From a virus (taxonomy: Duplodnaviria; Caudoviricetes): a stretch of 64,000 bases of DNA. Positions 1 to 10,833 of this stretch are shown here, piece by piece; the stretch's first letter is position 1; every line of letters starts with the position of its first letter. Position numbers and translations under genes: made by a program. Below the pieces are notes generated by a model that did no database searches, was not told the DNA's origin, and worked only from the letters and a program-made list of their open reading frames with translations. The stretch is from the IMG/VR virus record IMGVR_UViG_3300032280_000786, positions 1-64,000 of that record; one strand, written 5' to 3'.

Positions 1-1076
1 GATTGGTTTTTTATTTGTTCTATTTTATCTAATATATTTTCATCATACTTAATTGTGATTAGTCTAATATTATTATCATTACAATAATTTATCTTAATAG
101 TGTCTCTCTTTTGTACATTTTTAAACTCCGATAGACCACCAAAACACGTTACTTGTTCATAATGTTGTCTACCATTGTACTCTATACAAGTATTATAATC
201 AGGTAGATAAAAATCAAATCGTAATTTATTTATAGATATACAGTCTGTGAATTTATACTCTCTTATATATTTTATGTCTAATTTATCTAATATGGCTGAT
301 ATTTTACTCTCTCCTTTTGACTCATTACATTTTGCACAACCACAACCTGTTAAATGTGTTGATGCTCTTTGTTCAAAGATACCGTGTTTATTACAGATTA
401 TAGATAGTATGGAGTTTGAATTTTTATACTCTATTAAATCATAATTATATTTATTATAGTGTATTTTATTTGCATTCTCTATGAATTTATTATTTGTAAG
501 TCTTTCTTTACCACTACAACTCATACATCCATATCCTAATAAGTGTCCTTTTGCTAATTGTTTAAATTCTCCATGTACATCACATATTATTGTAGTTATT
601 GTTGAACCATTTATATATTCAGATTTCTCGTAATTATATTTATTATTATGTTTTATGTTAGATAATCTAATGAATTCCTCTAAAGTATATTTTTGTGTAC
701 CACTACATTTCGGACATCTTTGTCCAGATAGATGTTTCTTTGGGGTTTGTTCAAAATCACCGTGTATATTACACGTTATAGTAACTTTTGTTGCTTTATT
801 TACATATTCAACTTTGTTATATAGAAATTGATTTTTATGTAGTTTATTTGCTATTTCGATAAACTCTTCATGAGATATAGAATATTTACCACTACACTTA
901 CTACAACCCTTTCCCTTTAAATGACTATTTGCTTCTTGTGTAAATTCTCCGTGTATATTACAAATTATTATTACCTTATCTTTATTGCCTAAGTATAAAG
1001 TTTTTTCATAGTTATATTTGTTTCCGTGTATTTCTATTGAACGATTTATGAAGTCATTATTGTTTAATTTTTTCAT
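1..1076 (-). CDS. Homing endonuclease-like protein: four DUF723-type Zn repeats plus C-terminal PD-(D/E)XK/Vsr-like nuclease (3' end runs off window)
   Basis: Hand-translated from ATG 1076: MKKLNNNDFINRS; 4x C.xHG.F.Q....HL.G.GC..C, then SKGE...F...RFDFYLP....IEYNGRQHY. No stop in window, so absent from the ORF track. Confidence 0.85.
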   Translation of the reverse strand, partial: MKKLNNNDFINRSIEIHGNKYNYEKTLYLGNKDKVIIICNIHGEFTQEANSHLKGKGCSKCSGKYSISHEEFIEIANKLHKNQFLYNKVEYVNKATKVTITCNIHGDFEQTPKKHLSGQRCPKCSGTQKYTLEEFIRLSNIKHNNKYNYEKSEYINGSTITTIICDVHGEFKQLAKGHLLGYGCMSCSGKERLTNNKFIENANKIHYNKYNYDLIEYKNSNSILSIICNKHGIFEQRASTHLTGCGCAKCNESKGESKISAILDKLDIKYIREYKFTDCISINKLRFDFYLPDYNTCIEYNGRQHYEQVTCFGGLSEFKNVQKRDTIKINYCNDNNIRLITIKYDENILDKIEQIKNQ

Positions 1077-1614
1077 TTAAAATAAATTCTAACTTTTTCT
1101 TTGAATTTTCACTTATTTTGGATGAATTTATCGATATAATATATGATTTTATAATATCTTCACTTTTAATTTTTTCGACTTTTTGTGATATTACTCCTAC
1201 TAGTAAATCCTCATCCTCACCATATTTTTCCAAAATCCTTACCAATTTATGATTGGTTTTATAGTTTTGAATATTTTTACTTGTAGTATTGGATTTTAGT
1301 TCATCAATTCTATTGTCAATTACTTCCCAATCTTTCAAATCTGCTTTTAAACTTTCTAATAGTTTTGCTTGTTCTTTGATAGTTTTTTCATCTAATAAGC
1401 TTAAAATCGCATCTGCGGCCATTTCTTTTCCTTTTATCTTAATCAATCCGGCTCTTTGATATTTATCAACGGGTCCGTACATTTCAATTGATAAAAATTG
1501 TTCTAATAGATTGATTACTTTTAATCTAAAAAGATCTGCTTCATCTATTTTGTGTTCTACTTCTGTTGGTTTTTCACCAACTGGATAGTTTGATATATTA
1601 CTAAATTTCTTCAT
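1057..1614 (-). CDS. Hypothetical protein
   Basis: 185-aa ORF, co-oriented with neighbours; no recognisable motif. Confidence 0.75.
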   Translation of the reverse strand: MKKFSNISNYPVGEKPTEVEHKIDEADLFRLKVINLLEQFLSIEMYGPVDKYQRAGLIKIKGKEMAADAILSLLDEKTIKEQAKLLESLKADLKDWEVIDNRIDELKSNTTSKNIQNYKTNHKLVRILEKYGEDEDLLVGVISQKVEKIKSEDIIKSYIISINSSKISENSKKKLEFILNEKIKQ

Positions 1615-1627
1615 AATTTATATTTTT

Positions 1628-2290
1628 TTATTTAGAGTTTTTATATTCATCATATACTTTAGAAAACTCTTCATCTGACATACCTTTATACTTTTCCGCA
1701 CCATTTAATATAGCAGCCCAAGCAAAACCAGTCATATTATTAAGATCTACTCCAAACTCTTCTAGGAAATCATCTACTGTCATTTCAGAATCATCACCAA
1801 GAATTCTTAATTTATTTTCTAATTCAATAGATAAATCAATATTTGAATCTTCTTCGTTAAATTCTTCATCTTCTTGAGAATATAGATAATCGTCAAATTG
1901 TTCAACAAAATCATTCTCATCAATTGGATCTTTATAGTAATCGGAATTTTTAAAATCCTCAATTCTATTATAACTTAAATCTCCCCATCCTTTATCTTTC
2001 ATTAGAGATAGTATTAAGTCTTCATCTTCTACAGACTCACCTAACCAAGAAGGTTTACCCATACCATCTTGCCAACCACCTCTGCTATCGTTACTATCAT
2101 CATAACGTTCGTCATCTCTTGGATACATTCCGTCTGGATCTTCTTTACGAGATCTTTTTTCTCTTTCTTCTCTTTTTTTAGCATCTTTTTTAGCACTATG
2201 AGGGAAGTTAGAAATCTGATTTCTTTCAGCTCTTTCTTTATCTTGTTTATCAAGATCAGAATAATCTTCAAATGTTTTTAAGTTTTTCAT
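1628..2290 (-). CDS. Acidic hypothetical protein with capsid-targeting-like N-terminus
   Basis: Starts MKNLKTFEDY; TATATA motif 4 nt upstream of ATG. Confidence 0.75.
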   Translation of the reverse strand: MKNLKTFEDYSDLDKQDKERAERNQISNFPHSAKKDAKKREEREKRSRKEDPDGMYPRDDERYDDSNDSRGGWQDGMGKPSWLGESVEDEDLILSLMKDKGWGDLSYNRIEDFKNSDYYKDPIDENDFVEQFDDYLYSQEDEEFNEEDSNIDLSIELENKLRILGDDSEMTVDDFLEEFGVDLNNMTGFAWAAILNGAEKYKGMSDEEFSKVYDEYKNSK

Positions 2291-2303
2291 AATGTATATA
2301 TAA

Positions 2304-2332
2304 AAAAAATCAAGTTAAAAACTTGATTTTTT
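2304..2332. terminator. Bidirectional intrinsic terminator
   Basis: AAAAAATCAAGT-TAAAA-ACTTGATTTTTT just past the stop of 2336..2551. Confidence 0.7.
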
Positions 2333-2335
2333 ATA

Positions 2336-2551
2336 TTAGATCTTACCTTTGTACTCTTGAACATCATTTCGTACTTCTTGTGATAATCTTTTAAGTTCTT
2401 GCATAACCTTTCTTATTCTAGTTCCTGCAGTCTTGTTAGCTCTGATGAAAAACTTCTCAAAGTCATCTTTCAAGTTAAATTTCTTTCCATCTACTTCTAC
2501 TTCTTCAGTAAGAATTTTAACTAATTGGTCATATTTGTCTAAATATTCCAT
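2336..2551 (-). CDS. Histone H1-like (Hc1 family) small basic protein
   Basis: EKFFIRANKTAGTRIRKVMQELKRLSQEVR resembles the GNKAAGTRARK..LEL.K...E.R signature of Bacteroidota Hc1-family proteins. Confidence 0.7.
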   Translation of the reverse strand: MEYLDKYDQLVKILTEEVEVDGKKFNLKDDFEKFFIRANKTAGTRIRKVMQELKRLSQEVRNDVQEYKGKI

Positions 2552-2618
2552 AGTATTTTATTATTTTTTATAGAATATATATTTTATTTTATCATCTCTC
2601 TTCAATTACTCACAGTTA

Positions 2619-3473
2619 TTAATTTAATTCTTGATAATAAAGAACTGAGCCTGCTTTTGCAGTAATTGCACTATTTGCAACCTCAGATGCAAATCTTGCA
2701 GTTACTGTACCATCTACTGAAGGTATAATAAAACCCTCTATAATTGCATTATTACCAACTAATTGACCAGATGTTGCATTCGATGTAGCAGGTAAGTCAT
2801 AAGTAATATTATTTGCATTTCTAGTAGTAGTTGTGGCAGTTAGAGAATATTCACTCATATAACATAACGAAGTTGGTGTAGTTGGTCCTGATACACTGAA
2901 TCTAGATCCTGTTGTAGTTGCTGCTGCCGAATAGTTTATAATAAACTTAAAGTAGTAGCTTTTTCCTGCAATAACTGCAAATGATAGACCTGTTATATTT
3001 GCGATAGAATTTGCAACTGCATTATTATTTATAACATCAGTTCCTAATATAACAACTTGTAAAGCAGAAGATACTGGATTTGTACCTTGTACTAAAGATG
3101 TTTTTAAAGATCCATTATTAGTTAAACACTTGAAACCTTGACCTTCTTGAAATTCAATTTTATCACCAGGTGCCAGTGTACCCACAAATAACTCAAATAA
3201 TGATCCATTATCACTAAAACTAATAGCGACATTTGCATTTACCGTATCTGAATTATAAACACTTAAATAATCAACAATTCTTTGTGTTGATGCACCAGGA
3301 GAAGGAACTAAATCAACGGCAGTTGTATTATTTGTATTTAGAACATTTCTCTTAGGTGTTATGTCAGTTGATGTAGTATCTCTATAAGACGCAAAACATC
3401 TTAATTGATTTGTTGTTACTGTACTTAATAAATCTACTATTATCTTATCTGTTGTATTTGTTAAAATTATCAT
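2619..3473 (-). CDS. Putative tail-fibre-associated virion protein
   Basis: 284 aa, T/S/N/G-rich with beta-strand character; downstream of the collagen fibre gene. Confidence 0.55.
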   Translation of the reverse strand: MIILTNTTDKIIVDLLSTVTTNQLRCFASYRDTTSTDITPKRNVLNTNNTTAVDLVPSPGASTQRIVDYLSVYNSDTVNANVAISFSDNGSLFELFVGTLAPGDKIEFQEGQGFKCLTNNGSLKTSLVQGTNPVSSALQVVILGTDVINNNAVANSIANITGLSFAVIAGKSYYFKFIINYSAAATTTGSRFSVSGPTTPTSLCYMSEYSLTATTTTRNANNITYDLPATSNATSGQLVGNNAIIEGFIIPSVDGTVTARFASEVANSAITAKAGSVLYYQELN

Positions 3474-3631
3474 TATATTATATTATTTTTTAATTCACTT
3501 TCTAAAATACATATTCCATAACTTTCATCATCATTTATTAAGTGAATAAATATTTCATCATCTATTATATCAATTAACCAACAAGTAAGTTGTATTCCAT
3601 TGTAATTAATTATGTCATTTATCTGTAGCAT
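3473..3631 (-). CDS. Small acidic protein (52 aa), possible fibre chaperone
   Basis: Hand-found ORF MLQINDIINYNGIQLTCWLIDIIDDEIFIHL...; fills the gap and is coupled to the next gene by a TAATG overlap. Confidence 0.6.
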   Translation of the reverse strand: MLQINDIINYNGIQLTCWLIDIIDDEIFIHLINDDESYGICILESELKNNII

Positions 3632-3648
3632 CTCTAATTTTTATTTTT

Positions 3649-6600
3649 TTATATTCGTAGGAATGCCGCTCTTTGTACTTCATTTAATGTAAGTCCTGAT
3701 GAACCTGTAGGTCCTGCTGGTCCTGTAGGTCCTATTGGTCCTCCTGATGGTCCTGTAGGTCCTTGTATTCCTTGTATCCCTTGTGGTCCTGTTGCTCCTG
3801 CTGGTCCTGTAGGTCCTATTGCTCCTGCAGGTCCTGTAGGTCCTGTTGCTCCTATTCCAACTCCAGTGCTAACAGATCCATCTGCCATAAGGTATTGAGA
3901 TGATGAACCACCAAGAATCTTAAATCCTGTTGCTCTAACAAAACCACCAACTTGTAATTTACTTCCATCTAAACTACTTGTACCCATAAGAATACTATAA
4001 AAACTACCAACTGACATATTTATATTTTGTGACGCATTGAAAGACAAATCAAATGAAGAAATACTTACTAAATTACCAGCAAATAGACTCATAAATGATG
4101 ACGCATTTATATCTATATTACCTCCTGAACCAATACCAAGGCTATCATTACCATCTCCAAACTGATAGCCAATTTGTGCACCACCACTTCCAAGTGTTAT
4201 AGAACTATCACCAGGTAGAGCCAAACCATTTCCATTGAGTTTAAGTGCTTCTGTAGGTGATATACCACTACCACCACGATTTGTATAAAAAACAAAATCT
4301 GATACTCCTGCATCACCTGTGCCAGTATTAGAAGTTGTAAGTACTTTAATCTGAGCATTTGTATAAGCAACTGAATTATCATCTTTTCCAGTAAATTGTA
4401 TTGTACCTATTGTATTTCCATTAAGAATACTACTACTTGAGTTTCTTATGTCTAATACTCCTCCAGCAGTAGCACCCACTATAACATTAGATAATAATCC
4501 TTGAGTGGGTGTACCTGTGGCACCTGTCGCACCAAAAAATGTTTGAGTATTAAAAGTTTTACTTCCTGCAAATGTTTGTACTCCTGTTGTAATAACACCA
4601 CCAAATAAATCAGAAGCTGGTTGTAGATTTAACACCGTGCCTGTTATTGTAGCACCATTTGCATTTGAAGTTGCACCAATAGCAGACAAGGAGATACCAG
4701 GACCTGTAGGTCCTACAGGTCCTTGAATACCTTGTGGTCCTGTTGCACCAGTTGGTCCTTGAATACCTTGTGGTCCTGTTGCACCTGTTGGTCCCTGTAG
4801 TCCTGTTGAACCTGTTGGTCCAATTGGTCCTTGAATACCAATAGATAATGGTACTAGTATTATGTCATACACATTAGAGAATGTGTAACCCCCATTGACA
4901 TATGTAACTGGAATAGATACATAATTATTCGGTATAATACTTGGAGTTCCATTAACTGTCCATTTTTGATAGTTGTTAGAATTATACTCATCTTGTATAA
5001 TTAAAACATCATTATTATTTATTAAAGCCAAAAACACATCAATATCTATACTATCCCTTGTTAAGTGAGAGACATATAATTGAGTAGAATTTATTTGTGT
5101 AACATTATTCCATATTATTTGTGCATTATTTGGAGGAGGTGTCTGAGTATTAGTTATTGCACTATATCTGTAATAAGAAACTGAGATACCATCATTACCC
5201 TGTGATCCTGTTGCACCAGTAGGTCCTGTAGCACCAGTTGCCCCAGTTGGTCCGGTAGCACCAGTTGCACCTCTAATACCTGTATTTCCTTGAAGACCTC
5301 TCAAACCATTAGATTGCCATGATACACTATATTCTCTATTCGCAATAAGAGATGCAGTAGAAGATGAAACTTGTGTAATTGTTAAATCTAAGGATGAAGT
5401 AGCTCCTATATTCCAAGTTGATGAATTTACTACAAATGTACCATATGTATTATTATTTGTTGTATCTCTAAGTTGTAAGAATACTGGCTTACCTGCATCT
5501 ACATCAGCCTTTAATAAACTTAACCAAGGTGTTGCATTTATATTAGATGCAGTTGTTGATAGATAAATATTACTAAGACTACTTATAGCAGGAAAATTAC
5601 CTGATGGCCAGTTTCCATTAAAAGTTCCATTAGGAACAGGAGAACCACCGATCATATTCCATCTCCATCTAAGTGAATTGGCACCATCTGAACCAGTGGC
5701 ACCTTGAGGACCTGTTGATCCAGTAGCACCTGCAGGTCCTGTTGCTCCTGTGGCACCAGGTGTACCAGGACCACCTGATCCAGTACCACCACCAATAGAA
5801 GTAATATCAACCTCAACTAATTGATTATTTATTTTACCAATTAAATAAGGTGCAGAGTTATCTTGTGGAAGATTACCAATATAAAATAATCCATCTTCAA
5901 TTCCAGTAAATCCATTATAACCTCTATCTAATATATAATTATTAAATGTTGTATTTTTTTGATAGTTACCACTAGAATCTACTATATTATTCTGTCTTGA
6001 CATATTCATTGTCAATGTATCTTGATAAGTACCACTACTTAGTTGCATAGAACTTTGAAGCGAACTTTCAAGAACTATATTAGTCTGATAAGAACCAGTG
6101 TAATTGAATGCATCTTGTTGTGAGTTTATTAAATTTATATTAGATTGATATGAACCACTATTTAAAGAAATTGATTGTTGATTTGAATTATTTAGATCAA
6201 TATTTTGTTGATACGATTCTATTAAGTTTATACTTAGTTGGTTTGAATTACTTAAATATAAATTCGATTGGTATCCATCTTGTATTGTGGAATTACTCTG
6301 ATAAGAATTATCTAGATTTATATTAGATTGATAATTTGTACCAATAGTTAGACTAAATATTTCTTGATAGCTATTATTAAATGTAAGTTTATCTTGGTGA
6401 CTATCTATATTTATTTCTATATCAGTTTGATAAGACCCATTATCAAATATAAAATTACTTTGATAACCAAAATTGATTGTATTTTTTTGATATGATAAAT
6501 TATTGAAAATAATGTTATACTGATTACCAACCATGTTTATATTCTCGTTGTATGAATCTGTGATAGTTTGATTATAAATACGATCTAAAACACCTTCAGC

Positions 6601-7572
6601 ATTTTTTCTACCCCATTGAAATACTTTAATTGGGTTATATAAACTCATATCATTTTCCCAATATAAGATATTATCATAGTTGGTGCTTACTATATTTGTA
6701 TTTCTCTCATTACGATAAATAATTCTATCATTAACAATATCATATTTTACTTCATCATAAGAAATATTATAAAATGAAATATAATTGTTAGGATCAAGTA
6801 AACTCCATTCAGATGTATCTAAATCTATTACACTTAGTGAATCATTAACTACAGAAGTTCCTTTTACTTCCCAAACATAGCCACCCCATACTACTTTATC
6901 TCCATTAACATATGATGAAACAGAAGAATAATCAAAAAATTGATAATCAGTATATTTTGGTGTAAAGAAAATACCAGTACCAACCTCAGATAATTTATTA
7001 TTTTCTAAAGCTTGTATAAATATAGTAGTGCCAATATAACCAGTTGTATATAAGTTTTGATCACATTGACTAACTTTATAAATTGTACCAACAATTAATG
7101 AATTAGTATTAATTAATGTTTGTAGATCTGAACGTACAATTTCAGTTACTGTGGTTCCATTGGCACCTGTTGGACCTTGACTTCCAGTAGGACCTATAGG
7201 ACCTGTTGGTCCTTGTATTCCCTGACTACCTGTTGCACCAGTTGAACCGGTCGGTCCTTGACTTCCTGTTGCACCAGTTGAACCGGTCGGTCCTTGACTT
7301 CCTGTTGCACCAGTTGAACCTTGACTACCTGTTGCACCAGTTGAACCTTGACTACCTGTAGGACCTATTGGACCTTGACTTCCTGTTGCACCTGTAGGAC
7401 CTTGAATACCATCTTGGCCAGCGGAACCGGTTGGTCCTTGTGGTCCTATAGAAAAAGTACCACCACCTAAGTTTAAAAGATTACCAAAACCATCATAATA
7501 TAAACCACCGACAATCTGTACTAATCTTCCAAATGTTCCGCTTACTGTTGCACCAAATAGTGAATTAGACAT
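3649..7572 (-). CDS. Collagen-like tail fibre protein (1307 aa)
   Basis: Four or more (G-X-Y)n blocks (GPTGSQGATG...), a Gln-periodic solenoid and beta-rich distal domains. Confidence 0.85.
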   Translation of the reverse strand: MSNSLFGATVSGTFGRLVQIVGGLYYDGFGNLLNLGGGTFSIGPQGPTGSAGQDGIQGPTGATGSQGPIGPTGSQGSTGATGSQGSTGATGSQGPTGSTGATGSQGPTGSTGATGSQGIQGPTGPIGPTGSQGPTGANGTTVTEIVRSDLQTLINTNSLIVGTIYKVSQCDQNLYTTGYIGTTIFIQALENNKLSEVGTGIFFTPKYTDYQFFDYSSVSSYVNGDKVVWGGYVWEVKGTSVVNDSLSVIDLDTSEWSLLDPNNYISFYNISYDEVKYDIVNDRIIYRNERNTNIVSTNYDNILYWENDMSLYNPIKVFQWGRKNAEGVLDRIYNQTITDSYNENINMVGNQYNIIFNNLSYQKNTINFGYQSNFIFDNGSYQTDIEINIDSHQDKLTFNNSYQEIFSLTIGTNYQSNINLDNSYQSNSTIQDGYQSNLYLSNSNQLSINLIESYQQNIDLNNSNQQSISLNSGSYQSNINLINSQQDAFNYTGSYQTNIVLESSLQSSMQLSSGTYQDTLTMNMSRQNNIVDSSGNYQKNTTFNNYILDRGYNGFTGIEDGLFYIGNLPQDNSAPYLIGKINNQLVEVDITSIGGGTGSGGPGTPGATGATGPAGATGSTGPQGATGSDGANSLRWRWNMIGGSPVPNGTFNGNWPSGNFPAISSLSNIYLSTTASNINATPWLSLLKADVDAGKPVFLQLRDTTNNNTYGTFVVNSSTWNIGATSSLDLTITQVSSSTASLIANREYSVSWQSNGLRGLQGNTGIRGATGATGPTGATGATGPTGATGSQGNDGISVSYYRYSAITNTQTPPPNNAQIIWNNVTQINSTQLYVSHLTRDSIDIDVFLALINNNDVLIIQDEYNSNNYQKWTVNGTPSIIPNNYVSIPVTYVNGGYTFSNVYDIILVPLSIGIQGPIGPTGSTGLQGPTGATGPQGIQGPTGATGPQGIQGPVGPTGPGISLSAIGATSNANGATITGTVLNLQPASDLFGGVITTGVQTFAGSKTFNTQTFFGATGATGTPTQGLLSNVIVGATAGGVLDIRNSSSSILNGNTIGTIQFTGKDDNSVAYTNAQIKVLTTSNTGTGDAGVSDFVFYTNRGGSGISPTEALKLNGNGLALPGDSSITLGSGGAQIGYQFGDGNDSLGIGSGGNIDINASSFMSLFAGNLVSISSFDLSFNASQNINMSVGSFYSILMGTSSLDGSKLQVGGFVRATGFKILGGSSSQYLMADGSVSTGVGIGATGPTGPAGAIGPTGPAGATGPQGIQGIQGPTGPSGGPIGPTGPAGPTGSSGLTLNEVQRAAFLRI
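7215..7400 (-). repeat. Near-identical 27/36-nt tandem DNA repeats encoding collagen triplets
   Basis: CCTGTTGCACCAGTTGAACC recurs several times at 36- and 27-nt spacing. Confidence 0.8.
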
Positions 7573-8434
7573 CTACTAGTTTATAATTTTTAAATTTTTC
7601 ACTTTTTGAGTGTGTTCTATATCGTATTGTTTTGTTCTTAATACCGAGTACTTTTTCTGCTTCTGCATAGGAGTTATATATAATACCATCAATTTCAATT
7701 TTTTTACCACCTAATAACATCTCAGCAATTTTTATCTTCGTCTCTTCACTACATGAAAAATCTGACTTATTTGGTTTTTTACCAAGGTGTGTCTGTCTAT
7801 TCTTCTCTTTAGATTCATCACTATGTTTTTTACCTTTAAATCCAGATTCTTTATTAAGTCTATGTTTATTTCCTTTACTTGATTCACTTATTTTATTTTT
7901 TGCATCTGTTGTATGTTTATATCCCATTGCAAATTTATTACCTACAACTCCTTTATGTCCTAACGCATTCTTATTATTCATTCCTAAAATACTTAATTTA
8001 TTTTTTGTCTCTATACTATGTTTATTTCCAGTGTTTGATTCACTTATTCTATCTTTAGTCTCAGTAGTAAGTACTCTACCTTTTAATGAATTAGATATTT
8101 TTAACTTTGTTTCATCAGATTTAATTATATTAAGACTACCATCACCTCCATCAGTCATGTTACATAGTGTTCCTTTACCAATATCTCTTCTACCATATAA
8201 TGAAACAAACTCAATTTCTTTTAATTTAGCTATATCATATGTTAGATCATCAAGTATTATTTCAACTACATATTTTGATTTATTAGTTATACTTTTCCAA
8301 TATTTATTTCTATTTGATGTATCATACGCTCTACCATAAGAATTAGGCTTTTCTTTTTTAGAAAAACCTCCTATACCTATATAAAAAACTTCATCTTTAT
8401 CTAATCTAATATGTCTGTATAAATAACCCATCAA
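7565..8434 (-). CDS. GIY-YIG homing endonuclease with NUMOD3-like repeats
   Basis: [30 protein letters not shown], repeated H..ETK.KIS motifs; probable ATG at 8431. Confidence 0.9.
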   Translation of the reverse strand: MMGYLYRHIRLDKDEVFYIGIGGFSKKEKPNSYGRAYDTSNRNKYWKSITNKSKYVVEIILDDLTYDIAKLKEIEFVSLYGRRDIGKGTLCNMTDGGDGSLNIIKSDETKLKISNSLKGRVLTTETKDRISESNTGNKHSIETKNKLSILGMNNKNALGHKGVVGNKFAMGYKHTTDAKNKISESSKGNKHRLNKESGFKGKKHSDESKEKNRQTHLGKKPNKSDFSCSEETKIKIAEMLLGGKKIEIDGIIYNSYAEAEKVLGIKNKTIRYRTHSKSEKFKNYKLVDV

Positions 8435-8435
8435 C

Positions 8436-8444
8436 TATATATTA
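8436..8444 (-). promoter_or_regulatory. Putative late promoter TAATATATA
   Basis: Exact motif 4 nt upstream of ATG 8431. Confidence 0.65.
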
Positions 8445-8514
8445 AAATAGTTAGGGTTCCTAAGAGTTAAACTGGTTAAATAAAAGAAATATTATTATAT
8501 TTTATATATACATT

Positions 8515-8862
8515 ATGTCACAAAAAAAATACTTGAAATGGGAAGAGGTTGACTCTGTCTGGGAAGAGACAAATTATCTTTGGGAAGATGTTGCTATTCT
8601 TATTGAGATAGAACAAGCTGTTCGTAGAGGTGGTGGAGATTACGCGGCTTATGTAAAAGGAAACCCGTGGGAACAAGTCAGAAAAGACTTAGGTGAGGAA
8701 AAAGCTAAACGAGTTATCAAACTTTATTGTAACTATAAAGGTATCGAATATGATAAGTCTGTTGAGATAAATGAAAGTAAAGTTAAAGTAACTGCATCTG
8801 AATTTGAACAGTTTATTAAGACAAGTATAAGAGAGTCAATAAGTATAAAAGTGAATTTTTAA
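8515..8862 (+). CDS. Hypothetical protein
   Basis: 115-aa ORF preceded by TTTATATATACATT. Confidence 0.75.
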   Translation: MSQKKYLKWEEVDSVWEETNYLWEDVAILIEIEQAVRRGGGDYAAYVKGNPWEQVRKDLGEEKAKRVIKLYCNYKGIEYDKSVEINESKVKVTASEFEQFIKTSIRESISIKVNF

Positions 8863-8865
8863 ATT

Positions 8866-8874
8866 TAATATATA
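8866..8874 (+). promoter_or_regulatory. Putative late promoter TAATATATA
   Basis: Exact motif upstream of 8898. Confidence 0.65.
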
Positions 8875-8897
8875 ATAAAACAAAAATAATATAAAAT

Positions 8898-9506
8898 ATG
8901 GAAGATGTTTTTAATTTTGACGAGTTTTTAAGTGGAGGTTCAACAAAACCACTTATCAAAGAATCTATTAAAGAAGAGGAAGTACCTACTGAAGTAGAAA
9001 AATTTAAAACTCCTGTTGTAGAAAAAGAACTACCAGAACCTAAAGAAGAAAAACAACCTGAGTATAAAGAAACTGAAGAAGTTATGGGTACTCATATTGA
9101 AGAGTTTGTACCAGCTACTGAATCAGTTGAAGATGATACTTTCTATAAACTTTATAAAGATATAAACGAGGAGTTCGTTTGTGATATTGCAATCGAAGGT
9201 TCTTCACCAGAAGATACTTATGCAAGAATCATTGTTGAATCTGATGAATGGTCTTTAATGTTTCCAGGTGAAATAAGAAATGGTAAATGTATCGTTCCTA
9301 TTAAGAAATTAGGAATCTTAAAAGAAGGAGAAATGGGTACAATTAAACTAGAAGTAGTTGCTGAAGGTAACTTATTTATACCATGGCAAGAACAATTCAA
9401 AGTAAAACTTTCAAAGAAAGTAACAGTTTCTCTTAATGAAACAAAACAACAACAAAGAAAACCAATTGTAAATAATAAAGTCGGTGTTAAAGTAAATGTT
9501 AGATAA
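8898..9506 (+). CDS. Hypothetical protein (acidic N-half, beta-rich C-half)
   Basis: 202-aa ORF. Confidence 0.75.
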   Translation: MEDVFNFDEFLSGGSTKPLIKESIKEEEVPTEVEKFKTPVVEKELPEPKEEKQPEYKETEEVMGTHIEEFVPATESVEDDTFYKLYKDINEEFVCDIAIEGSSPEDTYARIIVESDEWSLMFPGEIRNGKCIVPIKKLGILKEGEMGTIKLEVVAEGNLFIPWQEQFKVKLSKKVTVSLNETKQQQRKPIVNNKVGVKVNVR

Positions 9507-9805
9507 TGAAACACTTAAATAAGTATATTCAATTCATAAATGAGAATATTAATCTCTTACAAGATAGTTCTAAAACTGTTGCTCTTGGTAATTGGATTGG
9601 AAAGAAATGTGGTGATTGTGGTAAATCTAATCCTGAAGATTATTGGTTTAGTCATTGGTTCAAATATATACCGAAATCAAAACAAAAGAAATTTATTTGT
9701 ATCAAATGTTTAGAAAAAAGAGTGGGTAGAGAATTAAAAAAATCTGACTTTGAACCATATACACATTATTATAAGGGACAAGAATGGTTTGATAAATTAG
9801 ATTAA
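9506..9805 (+). CDS. Zn-ribbon protein with capsid-targeting-like N-terminus
   Basis: MKHLNKYIQFINE; CGDC...CIKC. Confidence 0.7.
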   Translation: MKHLNKYIQFINENINLLQDSSKTVALGNWIGKKCGDCGKSNPEDYWFSHWFKYIPKSKQKKFICIKCLEKRVGRELKKSDFEPYTHYYKGQEWFDKLD

Positions 9806-9859
9806 AAATTAATTTTTTTAATTAAAAAAAAATTGAATAGGAAACAGATTTATTTTAAT

Positions 9860-9889
9860 AAAAAAAGAGAACATTAGTTCTCTTTTTTT
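9860..9889. terminator. Bidirectional intrinsic terminator
   Basis: AAAAAAAGAGAAC-ATTA-GTTCTCTTTTTTT between convergent units. Confidence 0.85.
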
Positions 9890-9890
9890 A

Positions 9891-9998
9891 TTAAAATATA
9901 AGTGAAAGTATAAACGAAAAAAGTTTATATGCTACATATATTATCACAGTCCACGTTATTAAAAACGTCCAGTTAAATCTTTTAATTTTGTTCCACAT
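9891..9998 (-). CDS. 35-aa single-pass membrane peptide
   Basis: Hand-found MWNKIKRFNWTFLITWTVIIYVAYKLFSFILSLIF; overlaps the end of dam and stops right at the terminator. Confidence 0.55.
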   Translation of the reverse strand: MWNKIKRFNWTFLITWTVIIYVAYKLFSFILSLIF

Positions 9999-10833
9999 AG
10001 TTAGTTATTATTATTTCAGTTGTTTCTTTATTTCCTTTTCTTGATACTTTGTTATAATCGTATTTTATCTCTTTATACTTAAATCCATCAGCTATTAGTT
10101 TATCTAACATCCAACAAGTTTTCCCATCATGATGAATTACTCCTGATACCATAAACGAAGCACCAATTGAATCTATCTTCTTTATAAACTCATAAAGTTT
10201 CACATCATCATCTTTTAACCAGAAGGAATTATATCCTGCTTCTGAGATTTGTTTCTTTCCAATTGAACCATCTTCGTTCTTAATTCTACCGTAAGGTGGA
10301 TCTAAGTAAATCATCATATCAGATTGTATGTCAATGTTTTCAAATTGAGTAGATAAATATACTAATTTATCTTTAAACTTCCTAATATGATCTGTAAAAT
10401 TATTTACTTTTCTTTGTGTTGAATCATTCCAAGATCTTTTACCAAAGGTTTGATTGTATTTGAATTTTTGGTTAAATCTCATCATATTATTAGTTGATGA
10501 GAGCATAAGAGCCCATAAACCTTCCGGTGAAGGATTACTATTATAATTCTCTCTAAGTGTCCCAAAACCAACAGGATTGTCTTTATCAGGACATAAAAAC
10601 TTAGTTTTATTTACTATATCATCTGAATCAAGTAAACCTTTATGAATACCAATTAAATCAGTGATTATATCATTTACGATTACTTTTTCATATTTATCTA
10701 AAACATTAGTGTAAACAGAACCACCACCTGTGAAGACATCAACAAACGTTGATTTCGTTGTGTCAAACTCAGATAGTAGTTGTTCTAATAATTTAAACTT
10801 TGAACCAGTATAGTTGAAAGGTGTTTCTATCAT
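9982..10833 (-). CDS. dam: DNA adenine methyltransferase, D12/Dam class
   Basis: PFNYTGSKFKLL, FVDVFTGGGSV and YLDPPY motifs. Confidence 0.9.
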   Translation of the reverse strand: MIETPFNYTGSKFKLLEQLLSEFDTTKSTFVDVFTGGGSVYTNVLDKYEKVIVNDIITDLIGIHKGLLDSDDIVNKTKFLCPDKDNPVGFGTLRENYNSNPSPEGLWALMLSSTNNMMRFNQKFKYNQTFGKRSWNDSTQRKVNNFTDHIRKFKDKLVYLSTQFENIDIQSDMMIYLDPPYGRIKNEDGSIGKKQISEAGYNSFWLKDDDVKLYEFIKKIDSIGASFMVSGVIHHDGKTCWMLDKLIADGFKYKEIKYDYNKVSRKGNKETTEIIITNYVEQN

